Shown here: positions 12,947-25,943 of the stretch, piece by piece
Layout of the letters: every line of letters begins with the position of its first letter
Numbering within the stretch: position 1 is the stretch's first letter
Made by a program: the position numbers and the translations under genes
Source: Takakia lepidozioides
Taxonomy: Eukaryota > Plantae > Bryophyta
DNA length: 64,000 nucleotides
Assembly (NCBI GenBank): GCA_030704615.1
Contig: CM060733.1
Coordinates: forward strand, 10,354,001-10,418,000
Direction of reading: 5' to 3'
The notes under the pieces: generated by a model
The model's database searches: none
What the model saw: only the letters and a program-made list of their open reading frames with translations
What the model was told of the DNA's origin: nothing

Positions 12947-13039
12947 AAACCACCGATACATTTTGAAAACGGATGTGAAGAACATTGTACCCAAAGTTCT
13001 AATGCATCTCTTTGATGAGAGATAAATATTGATGGGAAT

Positions 13040-13636
13040 TATTTTGTCTGTGTGCCATATGTCACATCTCAAGTGCAACAGGTGTCCCGCTAACAACTCT
13101 CCATGTAGACATCCCTGTAGTCATATGAGCGAGTCATGTAGTCACCACGTGTGAAATCTGTCATAGCACACGTGTCCCGCTAGTGCCTCTCCATGTAGGC
13201 ATCACTATGCAGACATGTAGTCGTATAATCATGGCAAGAAGTCGTGACATGTCAAATTCGCAATGGCGCACGTGTCCATCCGTCGCCTCTCCATGTAGGC
13301 ATCACTTTGCAGACATATAGTCATATGATCCCCTGACAAATGCATGACGTGTCGCTTGCGCAGTGGCGCACGTGTCCCGCTGAAGCCTCTCCATGTAGGC
13401 AGCGCTCAACAGACAATGTAGTCATATATTAGTCATATAGTTGTGACTGCAACCCTCTCTGCAGCAGGACTCCACGTGTCACGCAAGCAGTCATGGATAT
13501 GACTTGCAAAACGCAGTTCTAAAGACTAGTCGCTATGACAGGGCTTTTTCACTACAGAGTGATGTAGTCATGAACGCATATAAGACTGAAAAAATAGTCA
13601 TATGTGAAGCCATAAAAACGCTCATCTGTTGTAGTG
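13040..13636. mobile_element. CACTA/En-Spm-type transposon terminus with subterminal repeats
   Basis: Ends ...CATCTGTTGTAGTG (reverse complement CACTACAACAGATG); preceded by ~4 copies of CACGTGTCCCGC...CCTCTCCATGTAGGCA and many GTAGTCAT motifs; partner end not found. Confidence 0.6.
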
Positions 13637-15049
13637 GAAATAAACATAATTCGTTTATGATCGTCCACATTGAAATAGCAATAAATTTGTGAAGTATGTC
13701 CTGATGTGTTTGAGACTTCAAATCCACTATACATGTATTTGTCATTTAAACACCTTGGAGAACTATTAATCATGGATGTGTTTCTTACATTTGTCAATAA
13801 ATACTTCTCTTTATTACCTCATCTTTATTCTGAAAATGAGCCTACGCATCAGTATCAGAAATCGTTGTTGTGCCTTCCTCAAATGTCACCTCCTCTCATT
13901 TCCATGATGTGCCTTCCCCAGGTAAGACCTCCCTTAGGTAACATTTGTGTTATAATTGAGCAACTTATGAAAAATAAATGGATGAGTTTTCAAGTTTATT
14001 ATGGATGAAAGTATATTTCAATATTCACAAAGAGAAGCCACTGGCCATTTATTGGCTCCTCACTAAAGAGGAGACCACACATCATTGTCAATAAAATAGC
14101 AAATCCTTATTATAACTTCCACATATAAAACTTACACTGAATGCATCTCCATTGGTTCCAAAGCTTATATCCTCTCTTTCTCTTTTAAGTTGCAATTGGT
14201 TACCTTCAATATTCTTAGCTGATAGATGTTTTGTTGTTCTTTTGGGGAGTCAACCCAAATATCGGTTTCTTCGCTCATCAAAACACAAATATGGGCAAAT
14301 ACATTAGTATCCACATTTTTCCACTTTCCACAACCTCAAGTTTTTCTCAGATCTCAGTCCCTTCAGATCCCTTTAGATCCATCAAGTTACTTATATTTTA
14401 TGCTGTTTCATATCCACTAAGATTAAGAATCCAAAATCATCACCTTGGGACTGCAAGACGGTCCATTTTCTTGTGGAAACTGGATATTGTCAGTATGATT
14501 GTATCGGTGGACAATATTTTTATCACTCTGCAGGTTTGTTTGACTTGTCAAGCAAATGCTCCAGAGTCCATTGAGCGTTGTTTAAATTATGATTGGAGTT
14601 TTGCATATTTCATATGGGATAAGGTCCGCCTTTTTTATGTCGTCTGGAATGTGTTATATGCTACTAGCATGGAGTTGCATCTGATTGATGCATCTGGAGT
14701 TCTTGTGTTGTTGGACATGTCACAAAACTCTAGCTCTCTAGCACTTATGGAAAAGCCGTTGTAAGCATGTCCAACCCCATAAAAAGATCCACCGAACACG
14801 ATTAAGGCTGCTTTGCACATGATTTAATTTGTTTATATGCTTGTTAAAGGAGATAAAAGAAGGGATGTATGCTTTGCATCTATTAGAATAGATATCAAAC
14901 TGTACTGGTCTTGAGACCAACAATCTCCCCTATAATCATCTTTGTCGACTTCAACTTCTTAGACCTGACCAGTACCGTGGAACAACAATGGTCGAGAAAA
15001 AACTTTTCAGCTAATGGGTTGAATGTTCCATTCTTTATTAGTCCTTGGT

Positions 15050-15900
15050 CTAAAGCAGCGAGATACAAACCCATTTTAACTGAGTTTTAACTAAATCTGG
15101 ACAGTCAAAAGTCCAGAAATACCAATTATATATGTACTAATAATTTAAAAATAATTAACTAAAACATATAAATATATTTAATAGATGAAGGGAGATCTCT
15201 CGTTGTCACATGTCCACCATATATGTCAACAGGGAATGCAAGAACATAGAGAACTGAAACCCGAAAACTTGGATATACTACATTCAATCAGTATACTACT
15301 AAAAACTACTTACCATAAGTAAATTCCACGAACAAAGAAACAATCGGAGAATATTGAGGCACGGGAGAGCTCCCGTCCTGAAGAGTGACAAATATTCTGC
15401 GGTCAGCGGTATGCCTCTAAGTACAAAAAATTTCCACAGATAAAATCCGTCCAAAGATAAAATCCACCCACAATATCTGCCTACATTCAGAGTATAATAT
15501 TGAGGACGGGTGGTCTCCCGTGCCTCAATATACTCCGAATACAACCAGAAACAAGCTTTCGCAATATATTGAGGCAAGGGAGACCTCCCGTCCTCAACAG
15601 TGACTACTATTATGAGGAAATAGGCGAATAGTAGCCGTATGCAACGGGAGATAACCAAAAATAAAGAAAATTCCATAAATAGAATCCAGGAAAAAAGAAA
15701 CATGCACAGTATATTGAGGCACAGGAGACCTCCCGTCCTCAAGAGTGACTACTATGAGAAGAGAAAGCGGACATCCTTAATAAAAACTTGTATAATAACA
15801 ACCCATGCACAAATTTTCATGAGTGGATTGGAGCACGGGAGACCTCCCGTCCTCAAGAGTGTCAAAATACGAGATATTTTTCAATATGTAGAAATATTAA
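15050..15900. repeat. Subterminal-type array of the imperfect palindrome ACGGGAGACCTCCCGT (probable DNA-transposon end)
   Basis: About 6 copies (15191, 15361, 15505, 15578, 15722, 15834). The same motif recurs at 52924-53790, and 15083-15102 is an imperfect inverted match to 53945-53964. Confidence 0.55.
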
Positions 15901-16140
15901 TCGAGACACACGCGCGTGGCTTTAGATCCAACGTTCCATTCAATATGTGAACAAAACAATACACAAATGAACAGTGTTCAGTGTCGAAGTATAAAAAAGT
16001 GAAATTGAAAAATTGCACTGAGAAGATCATGAAAAACACTACTATAGGGTAAAAAATCTATGCTCTTGGTAACCTAGGATGATTTCGAATAGACTGCGGA
16101 GTATCATCCGAACAGTAAGACACGCCCGGAGAATCTATGG

Positions 16141-16682
16141 TGTCGTGCACCTAAGCATCGTGCCACAACATACATCGTTGTCCACCACACAATCTAAGCA
16201 CACAATCCTAGAAAGCTATACCACAATGATAATGGAAGTGAACACACAATGGAAACACTCCACTCATGAATCCACTCAATCACATAAATTAAGTCAAGCC
16301 AAGGGCACCTTTGCTAAAGGAATCCACCCTACAAAGCCCTCACCACACTCCATCTCAATACCTAGAGCTATGGAGGTGGGAGAGGCTCATGGAGGCTCAA
16401 TTACAAGAAGATGAACCTCCTCCATCCTCACAAGGGGAAAACCTATCCCCATGTCCCAAGTGAGGCTCGACACCTCACTTGACATGTGAGACCCACTAAA
16501 GTCCCAACACACAAAATATAAATATAAATATCTAAAATGTCCTAGTTAACTAGAAGTAGGTAATTCTAGATAACCATGACTAAAACCATGATAGCTGTCG
16601 TGCACCTAAGCATCGTGCCACAACATACATCGATGTCCACCACACAATCTAAGCACACAATCCTAGAAAGCTATACCACAAT
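16141..16682 (-). repeat. 3' terminal B-A-B repeat block of Gypsy-1 (B 16596-16682, GC spacer, A 16227-16593, B' 16141-16227)
   Basis: Two 87-bp B copies with 1 mismatch flank a 367-bp unit; the PPT (AGGGGGG on the - strand) abuts the inner B. Confidence 0.85.
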
Positions 16683-19039
16683 CGCCCCCCTAGCTGGTGA
16701 TTAGGTCCCTCTAACACCAGATAGCTGACAAGTATCCATCCCAATAAGATCATCGCTTGGTCATCAATCGCCCAAGTCCCACTATCTGAAGTCAATAGAT
16801 CAAGGGGCCGGGTGCAAAAGTAGCCCCATCGTTACTCGCCTTCCTGCAATCCATGGCTTCAATTAGGTGTCCATGGCATCGAACTCCCATTAACTAGACC
16901 TTGGATCACTTTTCAACCTCGCCACTGTCATGCCCCATTACCTATGTCCAAGGCATCGTGGACACAACCATTCTCCATACCTCTCGGCCAAGCCATCAGC
17001 CTCGGGATGATTCCGAGAAGTAGTGCGTTGATCTATCAATGCTTGCTCACACAAAGCCTGAAACTCCCCCAAGAACTCTCTCCTCTGGTCCGTGAGTACC
17101 TCAGCTGGAGCACCAAATTGGCTAAGCACTCGATCTAAGAATGCATACGCAACCCCCTCACTTGCCTTGTCAGGTAATGCCACCAGTTCAATCCATTTGG
17201 AGAAATGTTCCACCATCACCAGCACATACTTGTTATGGCAAATCGTTAGTGGCAATGGGCCTGCAAAGTCAAGACTCCAACGATAGCCCAAACCCATAAT
17301 GGGTAAAGGATGCAATTGTGGAGTTGGTGCATTGAAATAAGCCCGCACTCTATCACACACCATGCACCTTGCCACTAACTATTGCACATCCGTGTGCACG
17401 CCCCGCCACCAATACTGTCATTGCAGCAAACTATGAGTGCGCCGCACCCCAAAATGTCCCAACACCTCATGGGCATGGTGTACCAATCGCGCTCGTTGTG
17501 TTGGATGAGGCATAATCCTCACTCGTCCATCCTCCCATACTCGGAGTAGGTGAGTCCCCTCCCCACTTGAACCTCTTGGCTCGTTGTAGGATCCGATCTA
17601 TCTCCTTAGCAGTCACACTGGCTGTTGTCTTTCTAGTACGAAGGTAGGCCAACACTGCTGCATCTTCATGCACATCCATAGCACCACCAAGCTCATCACT
17701 GATCTCTGGATCGTCATGCACACTATCTCTATGACCAATCGTATGGGATGGACCAGCTTGAGCTCTCATTGCTATAATGCATAAAAAGGCAGATGCGTGC
17801 CATCATGGCACCATCTCCTCGTCTGTCTTACCATGCCAACAAGCTCCTGTATCATCAAGCTCACTTGTGCATGGATTGCGACTCAATCCATCCGCATCCC
17901 GGTTGACTATTCCAACTCGATGCACCACCTGGCAGTCGTACTCTTGAAGCACAAGTGCCCATCGTGCAAGCCTCCCTGTAAGCTTGTCTGACTCCATCAA
18001 CCACTTCAATGGTTGGTGATCCGTGACAAGGGTGAAGAGATTGTTATAGAGGTAGCATCTAAAATGTGTCACTGCCCATACTGCAGCTAGACACTCCCCT
18101 TCATAGGAACTATACTTCGCCTCGGCATCATTGTTCGAGCGGCTAGCATATTGCCACTACGAACTCTCTTCCCTCATCATCCACATGTGTGAGCACTGCT
18201 CCAATCCCCAGCATACTCCAATCCGTATGTAGCTGGAAAGACCGCCCCTGAATAGGCTGCCTCAGAATATGCGAAGAAGTCAATCGAGCCTTGAGTTCCT
18301 CAAATGCGTCCTCCTGCTCTTGGGGGGTGCACTCTTTATAAAATGTCCGTATCACGTGCGTGCGTCGTCTAATAAAAAAAACCCCATGTATACGGGTCCT
18401 TGGATCACTCATACATTTTGAAGATTATAAAACCCCCTCCTGTAAATATATAGAAATTTGTGATCTTTAAAAGGTACCCCCTTCTATATGTATATTTCCC
18501 TTTTCAATCATTAAAAAATACCCTCAAATCTGTATATGTATGTTTTTATATAATATCAACTTTATTCATTTAAGAACAGAATACTAATGAATTAATAAAA
18601 AACAATTGTTTGCCCTCGATAAAATTATCAAAGACTTGGTGTGGAATCGCCAAGCTGATATCAAATATCTCACTCTAGAAGAAACAGATGCAAAGAGGAA
18701 AGGGACATTGTCAATGCCCAATGTGCAAGAGGCCTGAAGAAAGTTTCCATTTTTTGATACACAGTCCTGGGTATTTTCATCAGAGAGTGACTATCTTGAG
18801 CACCATCAAGACCTTAGTCACTGCACCTTTGTTCATCAACTAGGATAGTTTCTGAACTTGTTCTACAGTTTCAACCTTCGCAAGGTCCAATTATGTTCAA
18901 AACCTATTGTTGAGAATTCCTCTCCGAAAGATTTCATGCACCTTTGCTGCCATTGTTGGAGTCCAACCTGACTCACAGCTGGCAAAGAATGCAAAAGCAA
19001 AAGCAAAAGCAATGGCTAGCAAAAGAATGCAAAATCAAT

Positions 19040-21822
19040 GGTCAGCTTCTCATTGTGGTGGCAAAGAGACAATTCTTTAAGCTCTTCCTCAACATCATGC
19101 AATGCAAAGCGTGGGCTTCACCCCTTCGCACACCATTTGCTCATAGGTCTCCAATGCCTCCATCCCACACCTTTGCTATGCATATCCTGCAATGATCGCA
19201 CTCCACAACAGCACATCTCGTTTACCCATACACGCTTGCCCTTCATACATGTCCACGAGGGTATTGTTCAGAATGACATTTGATACAATTGCAGCTCTGA
19301 CAATGTCGCCATGGACCTCTTTGCCCTTTTCCAGAGCTGCCACACTTGCACACGCATTGCAAATGCACACAAACGTGATGTGGTCGGGCTTCACCCCTTC
19401 CCCCATCATTTGATCATAGGTATCCAAAGCCTCCATACCACGTCCCTGTTGTGCATACCCTGCAAGCATCGCGTTCCATGACACCACATCTCGTTCAGCC
19501 ATAGTGTTGGAAACTCCCTTCGCATCCTTAATGCACCCACATTTGGCATACATGTCCACCAGGGCAATGTTCAAAATGACATCTGGTACAATTCCAGCTT
19601 TGACGATGTCACCATGGACCTCTTTCCCCTTTTCCAGAGCTCCCAGGCTTGCACACACATTGCATCCTGAAGGCATCCTGCCAACAATATTATAATTCCA
19701 CGTGATCAAAGATCGTTGAGGCATTCTGTTGAACACTTGGTGAGCATCGATGATGCTCCTGCACTTAACATACATGTTGACAAGGGTGTTGAGTAGAAAA
19801 ACATTTTACGTCGGCATACAAAGACAAAATCCATAGGTTGCAGTCGATCCGCTGCAATCGGGAATTGACATGGGTCCTTGACTAAGGGCCAGTCCCAACA
19901 ATTCTGTTGGGGGCCCTTTTGTGGATCAGGAAGGAGCAGCAGGGGAGGATATTTCTGTTGTGCTTGATAAAGGCTCTGGTTTAGTGTTTTCACCTCCATC
20001 CTGAAGTGAACTTGGCTTCACTTCATTTCCAGAGATTAGAATGTCTTTTAATTCTAGTTTTGGCTCTAAGGTCTTGATGTGACTACAATGTTCTGCAGAT
20101 GGAGCTACCACATTTTCATCAGCTGTTAGCTCCTTGTCCAAAGCCATCTCACTGTCATTAGCCAAATCTCTATCCCCTATATCCTTGCTAGGACTGTCAC
20201 TTTGTATTTCTTTTGTCACATCAACGATCACCTCCTTCTGCATTTTGGATAACATGAGTATGCACCTGCTTTCCAGCTTCCAGACCTTCCATTGATGCAC
20301 TTAAGCAAGAGACAGACATACATATCTGAATCTGCTGAAATGCCTTGTGATGTGGTTAGGCTTCACCCTCCCCCCATCATTTGCTCATAGGTCTCCAAAG
20401 CCGAGCTATCTCGTGCCCCTACTGTGCATACCCTGCAAGCATCACGTTCCACGACACCACGTCGCATTCAGCCAGAGTGTTGAAAACTCCCCTCATGTCC
20501 TTAATGCACTCACATTTGGCAAACATATCCACCAAGGCAGTGTTCAGAATGACATCTGGTACAATTCCAGATTTGACAATGTCACCATGGACCTCGTTCC
20601 CCTTTTCCAGAGCTCCCAGGCTTGCACACGCATTGCATCCTGCCAACATTATATTCCACGTGATCAAAGATCGTTGAGGCATTCTGTTGAACACTTTGGT
20701 GAGCACTGATGATGCTCCTGCACTTAACATACATGTTGACAAGGATGTTGAGTAGAAAAATATTTGACGTGAATCCACTTTGGATAAGGTGAGTATGCAC
20801 CTGCTTTCCAGCTTCTAGACCGTCCATTGATGCACTTAAGCAAGAGACATACATACATATCTGAATCTGCTGAAATACCTTGTGATGTGGTTAGGCTTCA
20901 CCCTTTCCCCCATCATTTGCTCATAGGTCTCCAAAGCCTCCATCTAGTGCCTCTGTTGTGCATACCCTGCAAGCATCATGTTCCACGACACCACATCTCG
21001 TTCAGCCAGAGTGTTGAAAACTCTCCTCACATCTTTCATGCACCCACATTTGGCAAACATGTCCACCAGGGCAGTGTTCAGGATGACATCTGGTACAATT
21101 CCAGTCTTTGACAATGTCACTATGGGCCTCTTTCCTCTTTTCCAGAGCTCCCAGGCTTGCACACGCATTGCAAACACAAACAAATGTGATGTGGTTGGGC
21201 TTCACCGCTTTGCACATCATTTGCTCATATGTCTCCAAAACATTCCTACCACACCTATGCTTGGTAAATCCTTCCAACATAATATTCCACGTGATCAAAG
21301 ATCATTGAGGCATTCTGTTGAACTCTCGGCACTTAACATACATATTGACAAGGGTGTTGAGTAGAAAAACATTTGTCGTGAATCCACTTTGGATAATGTG
21401 AGTGTGCACGTGCTTTCCAGCTTCGAGACCTTCCATTTTGATGCACTTAAGCAAGAGACAGACATACATATCTGAATATGCTGAAATGCCTCCTTGGTTT
21501 AGAATCTGCAGAGCCTCTGTCAGGCTGTCTGCCGCACAAAGTATCTTCACATGCCCAGAAGTGCCAGAAGAGGCATTGTGGACTCCCTCTCTTGATCCTC
21601 TTTCAAAAGCTGTGGTCATGGTTGAGGTGCCTAAATTTATCATCTCTGCCGCTGCAGCTGCTGCCTTTAGTCTACCATCTACCCATGCAGGTTTCTTGTA
21701 TCTACTGACCCACATGGAATCAAGGTAATCTGGAGCTTGAAGTCCAACCCTCGTGGATGAATCTGGACCCCACTCTACCCCTACTCCTTCAAGCAAAAAC
21801 AGGAAAAACTCTGATAACATGG
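19040..21822 (-). pseudogene. Scrambled PLS-PPR pseudogene, paralog of the 4715-7393 gene; its N-terminal part continues at 47850-48130
   Basis: Repeated PPR blocks (ALEKGKEVHGDIVKAGIVPDVILNTALVDMYAKCG) with frameshifts and internal duplications; shares the N-terminal W.SYKK..WVDG.L motif. Confidence 0.85.
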
Positions 21823-22018
21823 TGTCGTGCGCATACATATCGCTACACAACTACATCGCTGTCCAAACCACACAACATATGTGCACACCAAACACTAGTG
21901 CACCACTAGGCTGCCACTAGACAACCACTAGTCACCACTAGTCAACCACTAGTGCAGCCACTAGTCCAACACTAGGCTGCCATTAGCCACCACTAGTGCA
22001 GCCACTAGTCCATCATAA

Positions 22019-22347
22019 TGATAAAGAAGAAGAATACAAGCACAAGCTCATGCGAGCTCACAAAGCTGAAGCATAAACTCATGCATACATAACCTCATCA
22101 CTCAAATACAAGTCAAACCAAGTGCACCCCACGCCATGGGGAATCCACACTACGGCGCCATAGCTAGGCGCGGTGAGGCTCAACTCGAGAAAGATGAGCC
22201 CACCGCGATCTGCCGTGAAGATAACAACGCCAGGTGCCCAAACATGTATTGGCCCTTGGATTGACACTTGGGTCAATCCCAAATGTCAATATATAAAAGC
22301 TAGTTATTTCCTAGCTAACTTCACACTAGTGGTAAAATAACTTGACA
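22019..22347 (-). repeat. 3' copy of LTR-like repeat A of Gypsy-2
   Basis: TGTCA...TATCA on the - strand; near-identical to 47521-47849. Confidence 0.95.
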
Positions 22348-22724
22348 GCTGTCGTGCGCATACATATTGTTACACAACTACATCGCTGTCCAGCCACTAG
22401 TCCAACACTAGGCTACCATTAGCCACCACTAGTGCAGCCACTAGTCCATCACAATCGCCCCCCTAGCTGGCGCTTAGATCCCTCTAAGTCCAGGTAGCCA
22501 CAAGATGTGATAGTGGCCATAGCCTCACTAAGTCCTCCACCACTGTCCCTACTACACTCAAACTCAATAGATCAAGAGGCCGGGTACAAGAGTTGCCCCA
22601 TCGTTAGTCGCCGTCTTGCAACCTGTGAACTTGAGCCTGAGATCTTGGGTATTGACTCCTATGAGCTTGGCCTCCCATGTCTTGTGAGCTGCCACTAGTC
22701 ATATCCAGTGTCACTATCCCAAGC

Positions 22725-24460
22725 AGTGTGGACATAACCAATCTCCATCAGGAACCCTCTCAAGAGGTGGTGTCAAGCATCCCATGTGCCAACCTCTTGA
22801 GCATCAATCACACACCAGCATAGTGGCGGCACCACGAGCATGCCCACATAGCATGCAACACAATCCTACAGGTACCACTGCATGGTTGGGATCTATCCTC
22901 CCATCCACATGTGGAAGGTGACATGGCGCACAATTACGCACATGGTCCTTCCATACCATGCCATCTCGACCCTCCAGAATCAACACTCCTGAAGGCAACA
23001 CCTCCCTGACCTTTAGAATCACACGTCCTGCTGTGACATCCAAGGTCGTAGGCGTTGTCTGCTGCAGATACACATAGTCCCCAGGGTGGAAACGCCGAAC
23101 ACCTGGCCGATATCCCCCTCCACGTATAGTGGCATACCTCAATGTGTCTCGTTGTTAGGCAATAGCAAGATTCTCAAAAGCCATAGGCATGACTCTCTTG
23201 AACAACTCTGCCCGCTGGGCACATGCTTGTGTCCACACATCCGGATCATCAAGGTTGAGGACTACTGCAGCCTCCCTGTGAATAGACGCAGGAAAATCTG
23301 GCTCTCGGCCAAAGAGAAGGAAATATGGTGAGAAGGAGGCAAGTGATGCTTGCTTGCTTGTAGCCCATGGCTAGCCCAGGTACCTGAAGATCCCAATCTC
23401 CTAGGTGTCCTTTTTTCAAGCCATACTTGCGCAAATCCCTCTTCACCGTCTGCACCACTCTCTCTGCCAAGCCATCGGCCTCAGGATGATCCCGAGAAGT
23501 GGTACGGTGGTCTATCAAGGCTTTATCACACAAAGCCTGAAACTCCCCCAAGAACTTTCTCCCTTGGTCCGTGAGTACCTCAGCTGGAGCACCGAATCGG
23601 CTAAGCACACGATCCTGGAATGCATACGCAGCCCCCTCACTAGCCTTGTCAGGCAATGGAACCAACTCAATCCACTTGGAGAAGTGCTCCACCATCACCA
23701 ACACATATCTGTGGTGACGCATCGTCAGTGGCAAAGGCCATGCGAAGTCAAGACTCCACCTGTAGCCCAATCCCATGATGGGTAAAGGATGCAACTGTGG
23801 TGTAGGGGCGTTGAATGAAGCACGCACCCTGTCACACACCATGCACCTAGCCACGAACTGTTGCACCTCTGTGTGCATACCACGCCACCAATACTGCCCC
23901 TGCAGTAAACTATGAGTGCGTCGCACTCCAAAATGCCCCAACTTCTCATGGGGATGCCGCACTAACCGTGCACGCTGTGTTGGGTGAGGCACAATCCTCA
24001 CCCGACTATCCTCCCACACTCGAAGCAGGTATATCCCCTCCATCTTGAACCTCTTGGCTCGTTGTAGGATCCGATCCCTCTCCTTGGCAATCACACTAGC
24101 TGCCATGTCTCCAGTGTGGAGGTAGTCCAACACAACCGAATCCTCATGTATATCTCTGGCACCACCTGGCTCATCACTAGCCTCAGGGTCCTCAGACACT
24201 CCGTCTACAGTCATCTCTGTTGTAGGTCCAACCTGACCTCCCGATGCCAAAGATACATAAAAAGGCATATGCATGCTATCCCGGCACCATCTCCTCGTCC
24301 GTCTCACCATGCCACCGAGCTCCAGTGTCATCCTGTTGGCTCGTGCATGGATTGCGACTCAATCCATCCACATCCCTATTGACCAAACCCGGTCGATGCA
24401 CAACCTGAACATGTCTATCATGCTCCTCCACCGTAGCACGAGAGGCAAAGCAATTCATGT
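22725..24460 (-). pseudogene. Gypsy-2 integrase (HHCC zinc finger, DDE core) with C-terminal PHD finger
   Basis: HEKLGHFG...CMVC; WSLDFA, VLTDQG, GLAERVVQTVK; PHD CMLC...MLVCD*CSRGWHMGCLTPPL..VPDGDWLCPHC; contains stops and a frameshift. Confidence 0.9.
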
Positions 24461-24758
24461 AAGCCTCAGGAACCGCCGTATACGTCGTCTCTCGCCTCTA
24501 GTGACAATAGGTCCAATGTCAGGCTCTCAATTGCCATTCGTAACTGCAACCTTAAGTCCAGCAGACTTAGAGGTAGAGGACGCGTCCCGCAACCTCTTGA
24601 GCAGTACTCCCTGCCTGCTCAGTCAATGACAACGCCTCATCCTGCCCCATCATCTCATCCTTGAGGACCTCCTCAACCCGAGAGGAATCCCCAACCTCAT
24701 CCATCACAGCCGCCTTGGCTGCCAACTCCCTCTGAACCTCGAGCACCTCCCACGTGTG

Positions 24759-25943
24759 CTATGGATGTCTACACCCTGTGGTCCTCACCGGCTCGCCCCC
24801 ACTCACTGCCTGTACCGTCTCGGTAGGCAGAGAGACCGTCAATGGAAGTGCACTCCGCACTCTTCGTTGCTCAGCCATAGCCAAGCTGATAATCCAGGTC
24901 AAGCAATTTAGATCCATTGCTTGCCCCAACACCTGACGACATGATGCCTCAGAAAGAGAAGGCACCGCCGTGGTCCCAGTGGAAAAACCCATAGCCCACT
25001 CTCGCTCGTCGGCATTAGGCTCCACTAATTGCTGCAACTGAGCATCCCATAGGAGGCCACGTCCATTATCCCGGAAAGCATGCGATCCTGGGAAGCTGAG
25101 CAGTGTAGGTAGTGCTGATCGTGGTTGACCCACCTTGTTGACCACTGCCAAAGGCGAACGGTCATCGTGTCTCACACGCTGAGACTGCCTCCCTGTGTCC
25201 AAAATGCTATCCACTGTGAGGTGTGCTGGCTGCTGCACCCCATCAAATGCACGATTAAGCAGTGCGGGTGGCATCAAGTTAGTCCACCATAACCGTGGAC
25301 GATGAGCCCGTGACCCCACTGCAGCTGCATCCAGCAACACTGTTGACCCAAGCCACGACCGGACTTGATGCACACTGGCCATCACCCTGGCCCGAGAATC
25401 GCCCATCAGTGGCATATTCTCCAAGATGTATGTTGGAGATACAGCTTGATGAAGCTGTAAGTGGCGCAAAACCCGCACCATCTCCCAAAACAGACCCGAC
25501 CTCGAGTCTCGCAATCCATTGCCATGCCCGGCTGATGAATGTCCTTGGCAGGGCCAACCTGCCATTACCAGATCAATGGAGCCAACCCGCTCCAAATCTT
25601 GCGCCCCCAGCAACGAAATACCTGTTGGCAAGGCCTGCTGATATCCACGAACTGCAGACACCGGCAACAACTCAGGGTACCACTGCACCAACTGAGCAAC
25701 ATGACGAAGTGAAACGCATCGTGCAGTCTCATCCCTCTCCACATACAGGTAACGCCGAACTCGTACACCTGCCTGTAACATAGCAGCCAATCCGGTGCCG
25801 ATCCCGCCAAACAAGTCCACAAGACAAATGCCTTCATCCGGATACTGCCACACAATAGGTGTGGTGTCCAATGGAGACAACTGAGGTGGTCCTGGTGCAA
25901 TCCCCACACTCTCCTCCTCTCCTGACGGTACAAAAGCCTCCAC
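24759..25943 (-). CDS. DNMT3-like C5-cytosine DNA methyltransferase domain within the Gypsy-2 pol
   Basis: Motif I LVDLFGGIG; II YVERD; IV DLVMAGWPCQG (catalytic PC); VI ILENM; VIII RPRLWWTNL; IX-X EREWAMGFSTGTT...RQVLGQAM; frame open across the domain. Confidence 0.9.
   Translation of the reverse strand: MEAFVPSGEEESVGIAPGPPQLSPLDTTPIVWQYPDEGICLVDLFGGIGTGLAAMLQAGVRVRRYLYVERDETARCVSLRHVAQLVQWYPELLPVSAVRGYQQALPTGISLLGAQDLERVGSIDLVMAGWPCQGHSSAGHGNGLRDSRSGLFWEMVRVLRHLQLHQAVSPTYILENMPLMGDSRARVMASVHQVRSWLGSTVLLDAAAVGSRAHRPRLWWTNLMPPALLNRAFDGVQQPAHLTVDSILDTGRQSQRVRHDDRSPLAVVNKVGQPRSALPTLLSFPGSHAFRDNGRGLLWDAQLQQLVEPNADEREWAMGFSTGTTAVPSLSEASCRQVLGQAMDLNCLTWIISLAMAEQRRVRSALPLTVSLPTETVQAVSGGEPVRTTGCRHP

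Noticed and set aside
13706-14923. ORFs in the AT-rich segment
   Set aside because: No motif; possibly a decayed TE gene but unassignable by eye
21819-21822. ATGG / AGGG as a mutated 4-bp TSD of Gypsy-2
   Set aside because: One mismatch in four is uninformative, and related uninterrupted motifs (ATGAGAGGGCAA at ~48162 and ~49400) suggest both flanks were already adjacent; not excluded
21823-22455. B-A-B explained as a solo LTR inserted into another LTR
   Set aside because: B is duplicated in full rather than split, there is no TSD, and the same layout occurs in divergent Gypsy-1
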